NCBI GenBank assembly: GCA_020184695.1
Contig: JAANOX010000204.1
Coordinates: forward strand, 1 to 47,141
Length of the DNA stretch: 47,141 bases
DNA from: Histomonas meleagridis 2922-C6/04-290x
Lineage: Eukaryota > Protista > Parabasalia
Reading direction: 5' to 3'
Position numbers and translations under genes: made by a program. Of this stretch, positions 12,001 to 24,000 are shown piece after piece; position 1 is the stretch's first letter, and each line of letters begins with the position of its first letter. Under the pieces are notes generated by a model, which worked only from the letters and a program-made list of their open reading frames with translations, was not told where the DNA came from and searched no databases.

Positions 12001-15000
12001 CAGTGGTGAGACCCAGGCAGAGCACTCAGGTGGCAGGACACTCAGGTGGCGTGGAGGCCCAGGGCGTGTGGAGACCCAGGTGGTGACCCAGGCAGGTGGA
12101 GACCAGGTGGTGGCACCCAGGTGGTGAGACCCAGGCAGTGTGAGACCCAGGTGGAAGACCCAGGCAGGAGACCCAGGCAGTGAGACTCAGTGGTGCGGGA
12201 GACGCAGGCAGGAGACCCAGTGTGGCACGTGTGGTGGTGAGCCCAGGTGTGGCACCAGGTGCGTGGCACCCAGGCGTGGCACCCAGGCGTGGCACCCAGG
12301 CGTGGCACCCAGTGTGGTGGAGACCCAGGCAGGGTGCAGAACCCAGATGGTGACGACCCAGGCAGAGACCCAGGGCAGGAGACCAGGTAGAGACTCAGGT
12401 GCGTGCAGACCCAGGTGGTGGCACCCGTGGTGGTGTGGGCACCGCAGGTGCGTGGCACCCAGTGTGTGGCGCCCAGTGTGTGAGGCCCAGTGGTGGCAGA
12501 GACCAGGTGGCAGGAGACCCAGGCAGCAGTGGAGACCCAGGGCAGGCAGGAACGCAGGTGGCAGGCGGCAGGTGAGCACTCAGTGTGTGGCACGTGGTGG
12601 TGGTGTGGGAGCACCAGGTGGGTGAGCACCCAGGTGGTGGTGGAGAAGGCTGGTGGTGGCAGTGACACCCAGGTGGCAGGTGAGACCCAGGTGGCAAGAG
12701 ACCCAGGCATGATAACCCAGGCAGGAGAGGTGGTGGCAGGTGGAGACCCAGGTGGTGGACGAGGTGCAGGCACCTGGCAGTGGTGGCCCAGGCAGGAGGC
12801 CTTAGGCAGGTGAGCACCCAGGTGTGGTGGCACCCAGGTGGGCAGGAAACCAGGTGGTGGTGGAGACCCAGGTGGTGCATGGAGACCCAGGCGGCAGTGA
12901 GGACCAGGCAGGAGACCAGTGGTGGAGAAGAGGCGGCAGAGACTCAGGCAGGTGGAGGCTCGAGGTGGTGTGGAGGCTCAGGTGGTGTGGCGACCCAGTG
13001 TGTGGCACGCAGGTGGCACTCAGGCGTGGTGGCACCCAGGCAGGTGTGACCCAGGTGGTGGAGCATCCAGGCAGATGAGACCCAGGCAGGTGGAGGTCCA
13101 GGTGGTGGGAGTGGCCCAGGCAGGCGAGGCGAGGTGGTGCGCAGGCACTCAGTGTGTGGAGGTTTAGGCAGGTGGAGGCCCAGGTGTGGGAGGCTGCAGG
13201 TGCAGTGGCGACGCAGGTGGTGGTGGCAGGCGCAGGCAGTGGAGCATCGAGGCAGGAGGCCTGAGGCAGGGTGAGACCCAGGTGGCAGTGGAGACCCAGG
13301 CAGGAGACCCAGGCAGGAGTGAGCAGCAGTGCAGTGAGCACCCAGGCGTGGAGACTGGCAGGTGGTGGCACCCGAGGTGGCGCAGGCAGTGGCAGGCAGT
13401 GCGAGCGACCAGGTGGTAGCACCAGGCGTGGCACCCAGTGATGACCAAGGTGAGCCCAGGCAGGAGACTCAGGCAAGCAGGAGCACTCAGTGTGTGACCA
13501 GGTGGTGACCCAGGTGGTGGCACTCAGGCGTGCGTGGCACTCCAGGCAGTGGCACCCAGGCAGGCGATGCACCAGGCAGGTGGAAACCCAGGCAGCGTGG
13601 AGCAGTGTATGTGCAGTCGGCACGACCCAGGCAGCAGTGAGACACCAGGCGCAGGTGGTGAGCACCCAGGCGTGGTGGAGGCCCAGGTGCGTGCTGCGCA
13701 GGTGGTGAGGCTCAGCAGGTGGCGTGAGCCCAGGTGCGGTGGCGCCCAGTGCGTGGAGCACTCAGGTGGGCAGGCACCCAGGCAGGTGAGGACCCAGGCG
13801 TGAGCACGAGGCGTGAGTGACCCAGGCAGGACCAGGTGAGTGACCCAGGCAGGTGAGACCCAGGCAGTGGCACCCACAGGCGTGGTGGAGCACTCAGGTG
13901 CAGGTGGAGGCTCAGTGTGGCGTCATTGTGGTGTGGCGCTCAGTGTGTGGCACTGGTGGTGGTGAGACTCGCAGGTGGAGAATTAGGTGCACTCCAGGCG
14001 TGGCACCCAGGCGTGGTGAAGCATCCAGGCAGGTGAGACCAGGTGGCGAGACGCAGGCAGGTGAGACCAGGTGGTGGAGGACCCAGGTGGCGCAGGTGGG
14101 TGAGGACGAGGCAGTGGTGGCGCAGTGGTGAGTGCGCAGGCAGGTGCGAGGCACGAGGCGGTGTGTGGAGCCCATGTGGCGGCTCCAGCGTGGTGGCACC
14201 CAGGCAAGTGAGATCCAGGCGTGATCCCAGGCATGGAGGCCCAGGCGCGTGGCACCCAGTGCGTGGGTGGCACGGTGCGGTGGTGGCACCCAGGTGGTGG
14301 CGAGTCAGGCAGTGGTGGTACCCAGACGTGGAGGCAGGCGGGAGTGGCCCAGGCAGGTGGCAGCAGGCAGGCAGGTGGAGCAGGCTAGTGGTGGTGGCAG
14401 TCAGTGGCGTGGTGGCACCCAGGCGTGGCACCCAGGTGTGGTGAGCACCCAGGTGGCATCCCAGGCAGTGTGCAGGCCCAGGGCAGGTGGTGGAGACCCA
14501 GGGCAGGTGAGCATCGAGGCGGGTGCGAGTGCACTGTGGTGGAGAGCCTGCAGAGACTCAGGTGGAGCGCCCAGGCAGCAGTGTGGAGACTCAGGTGTGG
14601 TGGAGGCGCAGGTGGTGGTGGTGGAGGCTGTGGCAGTGAGACTCAGGCAGGGTGGGAGACCAGGTGGCACTGTGTGCGTGGCACCCAGGCATGTGGAGCA
14701 CCCAGGAGGTGGTGAGTGGAGGACCCAGGCAGTGGGTGGAGACGTAGGCAGAGGACCCAGGTGCAGCAGAGGCGCAGGTGCAGCAGGAGCAGTGGGTGGA
14801 GGCTCAGTGGCAGGCAGGAGTGACGAGGGTGGTGGAGCACCCAGGCGGTGGTGGCGACCAGGCATGGTGGGAGACCCAGGTGCAGTGAGGTGAACTCAGG
14901 CAGGAGGATCACCCGAGGCAGGGAGACAGGCAGGCAGTGGTGGCACCCAGGCAGGTGGAGCACCCAGGTGGCAGTGGCACTGAGTGTGGCAGGTGGAGGT

Positions 15001-18000
15001 GGCAGGCAGTGTGAGCACATGCGCGTGGTGGCAGGCCCAGGTGCGCGGCTTAGGCCCAGGTGGCGCTCAGTGCGGTGCGGCACCCAGGCAGGTGAGTACT
15101 CCAGGCAGCGTGGAGACCCAGGCAGGCGTGTGCAACCCAGGCAGTGAGCCCAGGCGGCGCGACACCCAGGGCGCGCGGCGTCCAGGCGCGATGACAGGCG
15201 CGGCGCTGTGGCGCGTGGCGTTCCAGTGGCGCGGCGTCTGCGCGCGTGGCGCCCAGCGCGGTGCGGCGTTCCAGTGCGCGTGCGCCCAGGTGCGGCGTCA
15301 GCGTATACCCAGCGCGCGCATAACCAGCGCAGGCGATGAACCAGGCGCAGTGCATAACCAGGCAGTGGTGAGCACCTGAGTGGTGGAGACCAGGGCAGGT
15401 GGAGCACCAGGTGGTGAGACTCAGGCGGTGGTGGAGACCCAGGCAGGTGAGCCAGGCGTGTGGCAATGGTGACAGGTGGCAGCGACCCAGTGCAGGTGGC
15501 ACCCAGGTGCGACCCAGGTGCAGTATAATCCCAGGCAGGCGATGAACGCAGGCAAGGAGGCCCAGGTGGCAGTGGAGGCTCAGGCAGGCGAGGTGTGGAG
15601 GCCCAGGTGGTGTGCAGGCCAGGTGCAGTGTGGAGGCCCAGGCAGTGTGGAGCACGCAGTGGCGTGGACTCAGTGGTGTGGACTCAGGTGGTGGAGGCTC
15701 AGGTGGTGGAGGCCCAGGTGGTGAGACCAGCAGGAGGACCCAGGTGGGTGGGTGAGAAACTCGAGGTGCAGGTGGAGGCCCAGGGTGGCAGGAGGACCCA
15801 CAGGCAGCAGTGGAGGACGTGTGCAGGTGGCAGGCCCAGGTGGCGTGGAGACCCAGGTGGTGGCAGGTGGAGGTCCCAGGCAGGTGGAGGCTCAGGCGCG
15901 CGTGGCTCAGGCAGGCGTGCGCGCGGAGGCTCAGGTGCGTGCACTCAGGCGCGGTGGCACCCATGGCAGTGCGTGGCACCCAGGGCAGTGGTGATGACCC
16001 AGGCTGCAGGAGGCCCAGGTGGTGGTGAGGACCCAGGCAGCGTGAGGGGTGGCAGGCAGCGACTAGGTGGCAGCGGTGAGACCCAGGTGTGGTGAGACCA
16101 GGCAGGCACCCAGGCGTGTGGTGTTCGAGGTGTGGTGGAGGCGCAGGCAGGCAGGAGGCTCGCAGGCAGGTGGAGGCTCGTGGTGGCAGGATGGAGATCG
16201 AGGCAGAGACCCAGGGCAGGAGACCCAGGCGCGTGGCACCCAGGTGGCAGGTGGAGAACCCAGGCACAGTGATGACACCCAGTGCGTGGAGCCCAGGTGG
16301 CGAACGAGGTGCGTGGCACCCAGTGCGCGCGGCGAACGTGCGGCAGGTGGTCCAGGCGGGCGCGCGGATAACCCAGGCAGTGGAGGCAGGCGGGTGGTGG
16401 AGCTCAGGTGGTGGTGAGGTCGTGTGGCAGGTGCGCCTAGGTGGTGGTGGCGACCCAGGCGCGTGAGGTGCGGTGGTGGTGAGACTCAGGTGGTGGTGGT
16501 GGAGACCCAGGGTGGCGGGAGCACCCAGGGTGGCAGTGGTGGGAGCCAGGCAGGTGAGAATCCAGGTGGCAGGAGACCCGAGGCAGGAGGCCCAGGCAGG
16601 TGGGAGGACCAGGTGCGAGCACGTGGTGGTGCGAGGCGCAGGCAGGTGGCACTCCAGGTGGTGGTGGCACTGTGGTGGTGGTGTGGTGGACCCCAGTGTG
16701 TGGCACCCAGGGTGCAGTGTGGCGCCAGGCAGGTGGCGCCCAGGTGTAGAGACCCAGGCAGGTGAGCAACCCAGGCAGTGGCAGGAGGCCCGAGGTGGCA
16801 GTGAGTGACGCAGGCAGATGAGCACTGAGGCAGTGGTGGAGCACCTGCAGGTGTGTGGAGGAATGCAGGTGGTGGTGAGGCCGCAGGTGGCAGGAGACTA
16901 CAGGTAGTGGCACCCAGTGCGTGGCACGAGTGCGTGGTGACCCAGGCAGGTGAGACCCAGGCAGAGCACCCAGGCAGGCAGGACGACCCAGGCAGGTGGA
17001 GCACTCCAGGCAGTGAGATCGAGGCAGAGTGGCGGACTCAGCGTGAACCAGGCAGGACTCAGGCAGGTGCGTAGAGCAGGTGTGTGAGAGCTCCAGGCAG
17101 GTGGAGAGGCAGGTGGCAGTGGCGAATGGTGGTGGAGAGACTCAGGTGTGTGGCGGCTCGTGCGTGGCGCCCAGGTGTGGCACTCAGGTGTGTGGCACTC
17201 GTGGAGACCTCAGGCGGAGACCCAGGTGGCAGTGAGTGACCCATAGAGCATGGAGTGACCAGGTGGCAGTGGAGGACCAGGTGGTGGTGGTGGAGACTAG
17301 GCAGGTGGAGACGAGGGCAGGTGAGGACTCGCAGGGTGGCAGAGACTCAGGTGGGTGGAGCTACTCCAGGGTGGTGTGGAGTAATGGTGGTGGTGGTGGA
17401 GACTCAGGTGGTGGTGAGCACGAGGTGGTGGTGGAGACCAGGCAGGCACGCAGGGTGGTGGTGCAGAGACGCGCAGGTGAGGTCCAGGTGGGCAGGAGAA
17501 TCGCAGGCAGTGAGACCAGGCGTGGAGCACCAGGTGAGCACCCAGTGCAGCAGTGACGCCCAGGTGGTGGTGGTGAAGTACGAGGCGGTGGTGGTGTGCG
17601 ACTCAGTGGTGGTGTGGAGGCTCAGGCAGGTGGTGGCACTCAGGCGCGCAGGCACTCCAGGTGCGAGTGGCACCCAGGTGCGCAGAGCACCAGTGCAGTG
17701 GCGTCCCGAGGCAAGTGCGATAACGAGGTGCAGTGAGCACCCAGGGTGCAGTGAGGACGAGGCAGGTGAGACGAGGCAGGTGAGCACCAGGCGTGGAGGC
17801 CAGGTGCAGGTGTGAGGACTCAGGCAGGTGTGGCAGTCAGGTGCAGTGTGGCAACCAGTGCGTGGCGACGCAGGTGTGGCACGCAGCGTGAGTGGCACCA
17901 GGTGGTGTAGACCTCAGGCAAAGGCATGGATGACCAGGTGGCAGTGCAGGCAGCAGGAGGAGGCAGGCAGTAGAGCACCTCAGTAGGTGGCAGACCCAGG

Positions 18001-21000
18001 TGGAGACGCAGGTGTGGTGGAGGCCAGGCAGGTGGTGGTGGCACCTAGTGCAGTGGTACCTTAGGTGTGGTGGCACCCAGGTGGTGTGCGACTCAGGTGT
18101 GTGGCAGACTCAGCAGTGCGGTGAGACCACAGGCAGTGGAGACTCAGGGCAGCAGTGAGCACCCAGGTGCAGTGGTGGAGACCCAGGCAGCAGGAGCTGG
18201 GCAGGTGTGCAGGCACCCAGGGTGCGTGGTGAGGCTCAGGCGTGTGGAGCTCAGGTGCGTGGCGCGCAGGCAGGTGTGGCGCAGTGGTGTGAGACGCACA
18301 GGTGGTGGTGGTGGCGCTGCAGCGTGGCAGCCCAGGCAGTGGTGTATAATCCAGGCAGGAGGACTGACCAGGTGGAGCACTTAGGGCAGGTGAGCACTGC
18401 AGTGTGTGGTGGAGGCCCAGGTGGCAGGAGGCCCAGGTGGGTGGCACTAACAGGCGTGGTGGAGGTCGCAGGTGTATACCAGTGTGTGTGGACCCAGTGG
18501 TGTGGCACCCAGGTGGTGGCACCCAGGCAGAGGAACCAGGCAGTGAGCAACCAGGAATGGTGGAGACCTGAGGCGGGCGTATGAATCCAGGCGGCAGTGT
18601 AAACCCAGGCAAGTGGAGGCTGAGGAGGCAGGAGACTCAGGGCAGCAAGGAGACCCAGGCAGGTGGAGCACCCAGGGTGGGGAGTGACACCCAGGTGGAG
18701 TAGAATCTAGGTGGAGAGGACCAGGTGGCAGGAGAACGACCAGGCAGGAGACCCAGGGAGCAGGAGACCCAGGAAGGTGAGACCACAGGCAAGGTGGAGT
18801 GGCACCCAGGTGGTGGTGAGAACCAGGCGGTGGAACCCAGTGGTGGAGCACCCAGGCGTGGAGCCAGGTGGTGGCACCCAGGGCAGGAACCCAGGCAGGT
18901 GGCACCCAGGGCAGTTGAGAACCCAGGAGTGGAGACCCAGGCAGAGGACTGGCAGGAGGCAGGCAGTGAGGCTCAGGCAGGTGGAGCCTAGGCAGCAGGG
19001 AGGCACAGGCAGGAGACCCAGGTGGGTGGAGACTCAGGTGGTGAACAGTGTGGCGCTCAGGTGTGTGGCACCCAGGTGTGGTGAGACCCAGTGGTGCAGG
19101 TGAGGCCCAGTGGTGAGAGCCCAGCAGTGAGACCCACAGGCAGGAGAATCCAGGTGAGTGAGTCCAGGAGAGACCCAGGCAGCAGACCCAGGCGCGTGGA
19201 AACAGGCGGGCACTCCAGCGTGCGGCACCAGGCGTGGCACTCAGTGCGTGGCGCCCAGTGCGGAGGTGTGCGTGCAGTACCAGCGACGCCCAGGTGAGCG
19301 GAGACCCAGGCGTGGGGGACCCAGGCAGGTGGTGAGCGACCCAGGGGCGGTGGGAGACTCAGGTGGTGAGGCTCAGGCAGGTGAGACCAGGTGGTGGTGG
19401 ACCAGTGCGTGGCACCAGGTGCGCGAGACCCAGGCAGGTGAGAACCAGGCGTGGCACGCAGGTGCACCCAGTGCAGCGGACCCAGGTGTGGCACCCAGGC
19501 GCATGGCCCATAGCAGTGAGACCAGGCGTGGTAGACCCAGGCGGCAGTGAGGCCCAGGGTGGAGACTCAGGCAGGAGACCAGGTGGTGTGGAGACCCAGG
19601 GCAGCGGGGAGGACCCAGGGCAGTGGCACGAGGGTGGTGAGGCCCAGGTAGGAGTAACCCAGGTGGCAGGAGCACCCAGGTGGTGAGACCCAGGTGGTGG
19701 AGACCCAGGCGGTAGGAGGAACCCAGGCAGGAGGACTCAGGGTGGCAGTGTGGTGACCAGGTGGTGAGACCCAGGTGGTGGAGGCTGGTGGTGGACCAGG
19801 TGGTGACACCAGGTGTGGTGGAGGCCCAGTGTGTGGCACCCAGGCGTGGCACCCAGGTGGTGGCACCAGTGCAGGCCCAGTGCAGTGGCGTGGTGGTGGC
19901 ACCAGGTGGTGGCACCAGGTGAGACCCAGGTATAACCCAGGCAGTGGAAAGTGAAGGCAGGAGACACCCAGGGTGGCGTGGAGACCCAGGCAGGAGACCC
20001 AGGTGGTGGCACTCCAGATGTGAGGTGCCAGTGGTGGAGACTCAGGCAGTGGTGGCGCCCAGGTGGTGGTGGCACTCAGGCAGGTGTGGCACCCAGGCAT
20101 GGCACCCAGGTGAAACCTAGGCAGGTGGAGACCAGGTGGGCAGGAGACCCAGGTGAGCGATGACTCCAGGGCGGCAGTGGAGGCCCAGGTGGAGGCCAGG
20201 CGTGGAGGACTGAGGCAGGAGAGACCAGGTGCGTGGAGACTCAGGTGGTGCAGTGGAGACCCAGGTGGTGGTGGAGACGAGGTGGCGTGGTGGCACCCAG
20301 GTGGTGAGGCCCAGGCAGGCAGAGACCCAGGTGGAGACCCAGGCAGGTGAGAACGTGGCGCAGTGAGACTGAGGCAGGAGGTGGTGGTGGTGGTGGAGAC
20401 CCAGGTGTGAGGCCCAGGCAGGTGGAGACTCAGGTGGTGGAGGCCAGGCAGGAGACCCAGGTGTGGAGGCCCAGGCAGTGGTGGCACCAGTAGGTGGCAC
20501 GCAGGTAGGTGGAGGGTCTTGTGGTGCGGCACTCCAGTGGTGGAGGAGACTCCAGGCGTGTGAGACCCGATAGCAGGGTGAGGACCCAGGCGTGGAGACC
20601 CAGGTGGCAGAGAAGGTGGCACTGGTGAGGCCCAGGCAGAGACCAGGTGCAGAGGACCAGGTGGTGGAGACCAGTGGTGGAGACCAGGTGGTGGTGGAGG
20701 CTCAGGTGGTGGTGGAGACCAGGCGGCAGTGAGAACCAGGCAAGTGGTGAGATCCAGGCAGTGGTGGAGACCCAGGAAAGTGAGCACCCAGGCGGTGGAG
20801 ACAGCAGGCAGTGGAGTGAACCAGGTGGTGCAGAGGAATAGGCAGGAGGCCCAGGTGGTGGAGGACCCAGGCAGTGGAGACTCAGGGTGGTGGAGGCAGG
20901 TGAGACCAGGCAGGTGGAGGACTCCAGGTGAGACCCAGGTGGCAGAGACCCAGGCGGGCAGTGATGAACCCAGTGAGTGAACGCAGGGTGGAAACTCAGG

Positions 21001-24000
21001 TGGCGTGGAGAACAGAGGCAGGAGCACTCAGGTGTGGAGGCGCGAGGCAGGTGGTGGAGCCTAGGGCAGGTGAGGTCGCAGGTGGTGGAGGCCCAGGCAG
21101 CGTGGCGAGACCCAGTGGTGTGAGTACCAGGCAGTGAGTGCGAGGCAGGTGAGTGAGGCGACCCAGGCAGGAGACCGAGGCAGGAGACCCAGGCAGTGGA
21201 GGACTCAGGCAGGTGGAGACCCAGGAGGTGGTGAGCACCCAGGTGGTGGTGGTGGAGGCCAGGCAGGTGGAGACCCAGGTGGTGAGCACCCAGGCAGGTG
21301 GAGAACCCAGGTGGTGAGGAATCCAGGCAGGGTGGAAATCACGCAGTGGAGGTCCCAGGTGGTAGGACACCCAGGCGTGGGATGACCTGGTGTGTGGAGG
21401 CCCAGGAGGTGTGAACAGGTGGCACCCAGGTGGTGGACCAGGTGGTGGTGGCACCCAGGTGCAGTGGCGACCCAGGGGTGGTGGCACTCCAGGCAGTGGC
21501 GAGCACCAGTGCAGGTAACCCAGTGGCGGAGAACCAGGCAGGAGCCCAGGCAGGAGGTCTGAGGCAGGAGAGGTGGTGGTGGAGACCCAGGCAGGTGTGA
21601 GACTGCAGTGGAGACTCAGGCAGTGGAGACCAGGTGACGCGAAAGGTGGAGGCGAGTGGGAGGTGGACCCAGGTGGTGAACTGCAGGCAGGAGACCAGCA
21701 GGTGAGACTCCAGGTGCAGGAGACCCAGGCAGGACCCCAGGTGGCAGGAGACGCAGTGAGGTCGAGCGTGGAGACGAGGGCAGTGGAGAACACCAGGTGG
21801 GATGGGCAGGCAGGAGACCAGTGGTGGTGGAGGACTCAGGTGGTGGTGGAGGCTCAGGTGTGGTGGAGACCCAGGTGCGTGGAGGCTGCAGAGAACCCAG
21901 GCAGGAGACCCAGGCAGGAGACCCAGGCAGGTGAGTGTGTGCGCAGGAACCAGTGGCAGGAACCACAGTGAGGTGGCAGCAGGAGACCCAGGTGGTGCAG
22001 GAGACTCAGGTGAGACCAGGTGTGTGGCAACCAGGCAGGTGAGACCAGGAGGTGGAGACGTGTGGCATGAGACCCAGGCAGGTGGTGAACCAGGTGGTGG
22101 CAGTGAGGCAATCAGTGTGGCACCCAGGCAGGTGGAGGACCCGAGGCAGGTGAGAACTGAGGCAGGGACATGGCAGAGACGCAGGCAGTGGAGGACTAGG
22201 GCAGGAGACAGTGGTGTGGCAGGAGACCTAGTGTGTGGCACCCAGGCAGGTGTGGAGACTCAGTGCGTGGCACTCAGGTGTGTGAGACCCAGTGCGAGAC
22301 GTGGTGTGCGAGGCACGAGGTGGTGAGACCCAGGCACGTGTGGAGCCGAGGCGGCAGGTCGAGCAGCGCGCAGGCAGTGGTGGATGAGGCAGGTGGTGGA
22401 GACTGGCAGTGGTGAGCACCCAGGTGGTGCGAGGCACTCAGGTGGTGGTGGAGCACTCAGGCGTGTGGCGACTCAGGTGGTGAGTGGCTCCAGGCGTGGT
22501 GGAGGCAGGCAGTGGTGGAGTGGCACCTCCAGGTGGTGTGCAGGCGCAGGTGCGTGGCACCCAGGCGTGGCACCCAGGCAGGCGGGATACGAGCAGGCGA
22601 GTGAGACGCAGGCAGTGCACTAGGCAGGTGAGCGACGCAGGTGGTGTGTGGCACCCAGGTGTGGTGAGGCTCCAGTGTGCAGGAGGCTCAGGCAGGTGTG
22701 CACTCCAGGTGGTGGCACCAGGCGTGGTGGCACCCAGGTGCGTGCACCCAGGCAGTGCGTGCGAGGCAGCGAGGTCTAGGCAGTGAGACGAGGTGGCAGT
22801 GGAGACGCAGGCAGGTGGAGGTCGCAGGTGGTGCAGTGGAGACTCCAGGTGGTGGAGACCCAGGTGGTGGCGACTCAGGTGGCAGGTGGTGCGCAGTGCG
22901 CAGGCACTCAGGCGAGACTCCAGGTGGTGGCACCCTGTGTAACCGAGTGGCGCGTAACCAGGTGGCAGGAGACCCGTGCAGTGAGCACGCAGTGTGGTGA
23001 GCGCCCAGGCAGGTGGAGACCCAGGCGGTGGCACCCAGGCAGTGTGAGACCCAGGCAGGTGGAGTGCACTCCAGTGCGTGGCACCCAGGTGGTGGAGACC
23101 CAGGTGGTGAGCACCCAGGTGGAGACGCAGTGGTGGGTGAGGCCAGGTGTGGTGGTGGCACTCCAGGTGTGTGAGACCCAGGGCAGGTGGCAGGCGCAGG
23201 CGTGGTGTAGCAGGCCCAGTGTGGTGGCGAGGCGAGGCAGGTGGAGACCCAGCGTGGCAGGAGGACCCAGGCTAGTGTGGAGGAGACACACATGGCAGAT
23301 GGAATCTCAGGCAGTGGAGGTCCAGGCGTGTGGAGACCCAGGTGGCAGTGAGGACCCAGGTGTGGAGGCGTGGTGTGTGGCACCCAGTGGAGTGACTCCA
23401 GTGCAGGCTGCAGTGCGTGCGTGGAGGCGCAGGCAGGTGGTGAGGACCCAGGCGGCGATGACGCAGCGGCGAGGCCTCAGGCGCGGAGGACTCAGGCAGG
23501 TGTGGATGCACCCAGGGCAGCGTGGAGTACTCAGGGGGTGGAGGCTTAGGTGGTGGTGAGACCCAGGGCAGTGAGCACCCAGGCGTGGTGAGTAATGCAG
23601 TGGTGGTGGCACCCAGTGGTGGTGGCACCCAGGCGTGCTGGCACGCAGTGGCGTCCAGTGCGCTACCCAGGCTATGGCAGTGACCCAGGTGGCAGAGCTG
23701 CAGGCAGGTGGAGTGACCCAGGCAGGTGGCAGCCAGGCAGCAGTGCACCCTAGGCAGCTCAGTGGCAGTGGATGACGCAGGGCAAGTGGTGGTGGAGACG
23801 CAGGCGGCAGGAGACCCGAGGCAGGTGGAGGCTCCAGGTGTGGTGAGGACGCAGGGCATGAGACGCAGGCGCGTGGAGGACCCAGGTGTGGTGGAGGACG
23901 CAGGGTGTGGTGGAGGCTCAGGTGCGTGGTGCAGGCAGCAGGTGGTGAGCACTCCAGGTGGCAGTGGAGGCCCAGGCAGTGGCTGGAGACCCGAGGCGGG

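Noticed and set aside
12649-12656. Chi site GCTGGTGG (here and a few other places)
   Set aside because: Expected by chance where GGTGG is a dominant word, and nothing indicates a RecBCD-bearing host.
4141-15360. CpG islands or promoters at the GCGC patches
   Set aside because: Only ~100-220 bp each, explained as (GT)n>(GC)n images of the repeat, with no associated gene.
3744-17504. Genuine Alu/SINE insertions
   Set aside because: Only 10-19 nt words match. There is no contiguous ~280-bp dimer, A-rich linker, poly(A) tail or target-site duplication.
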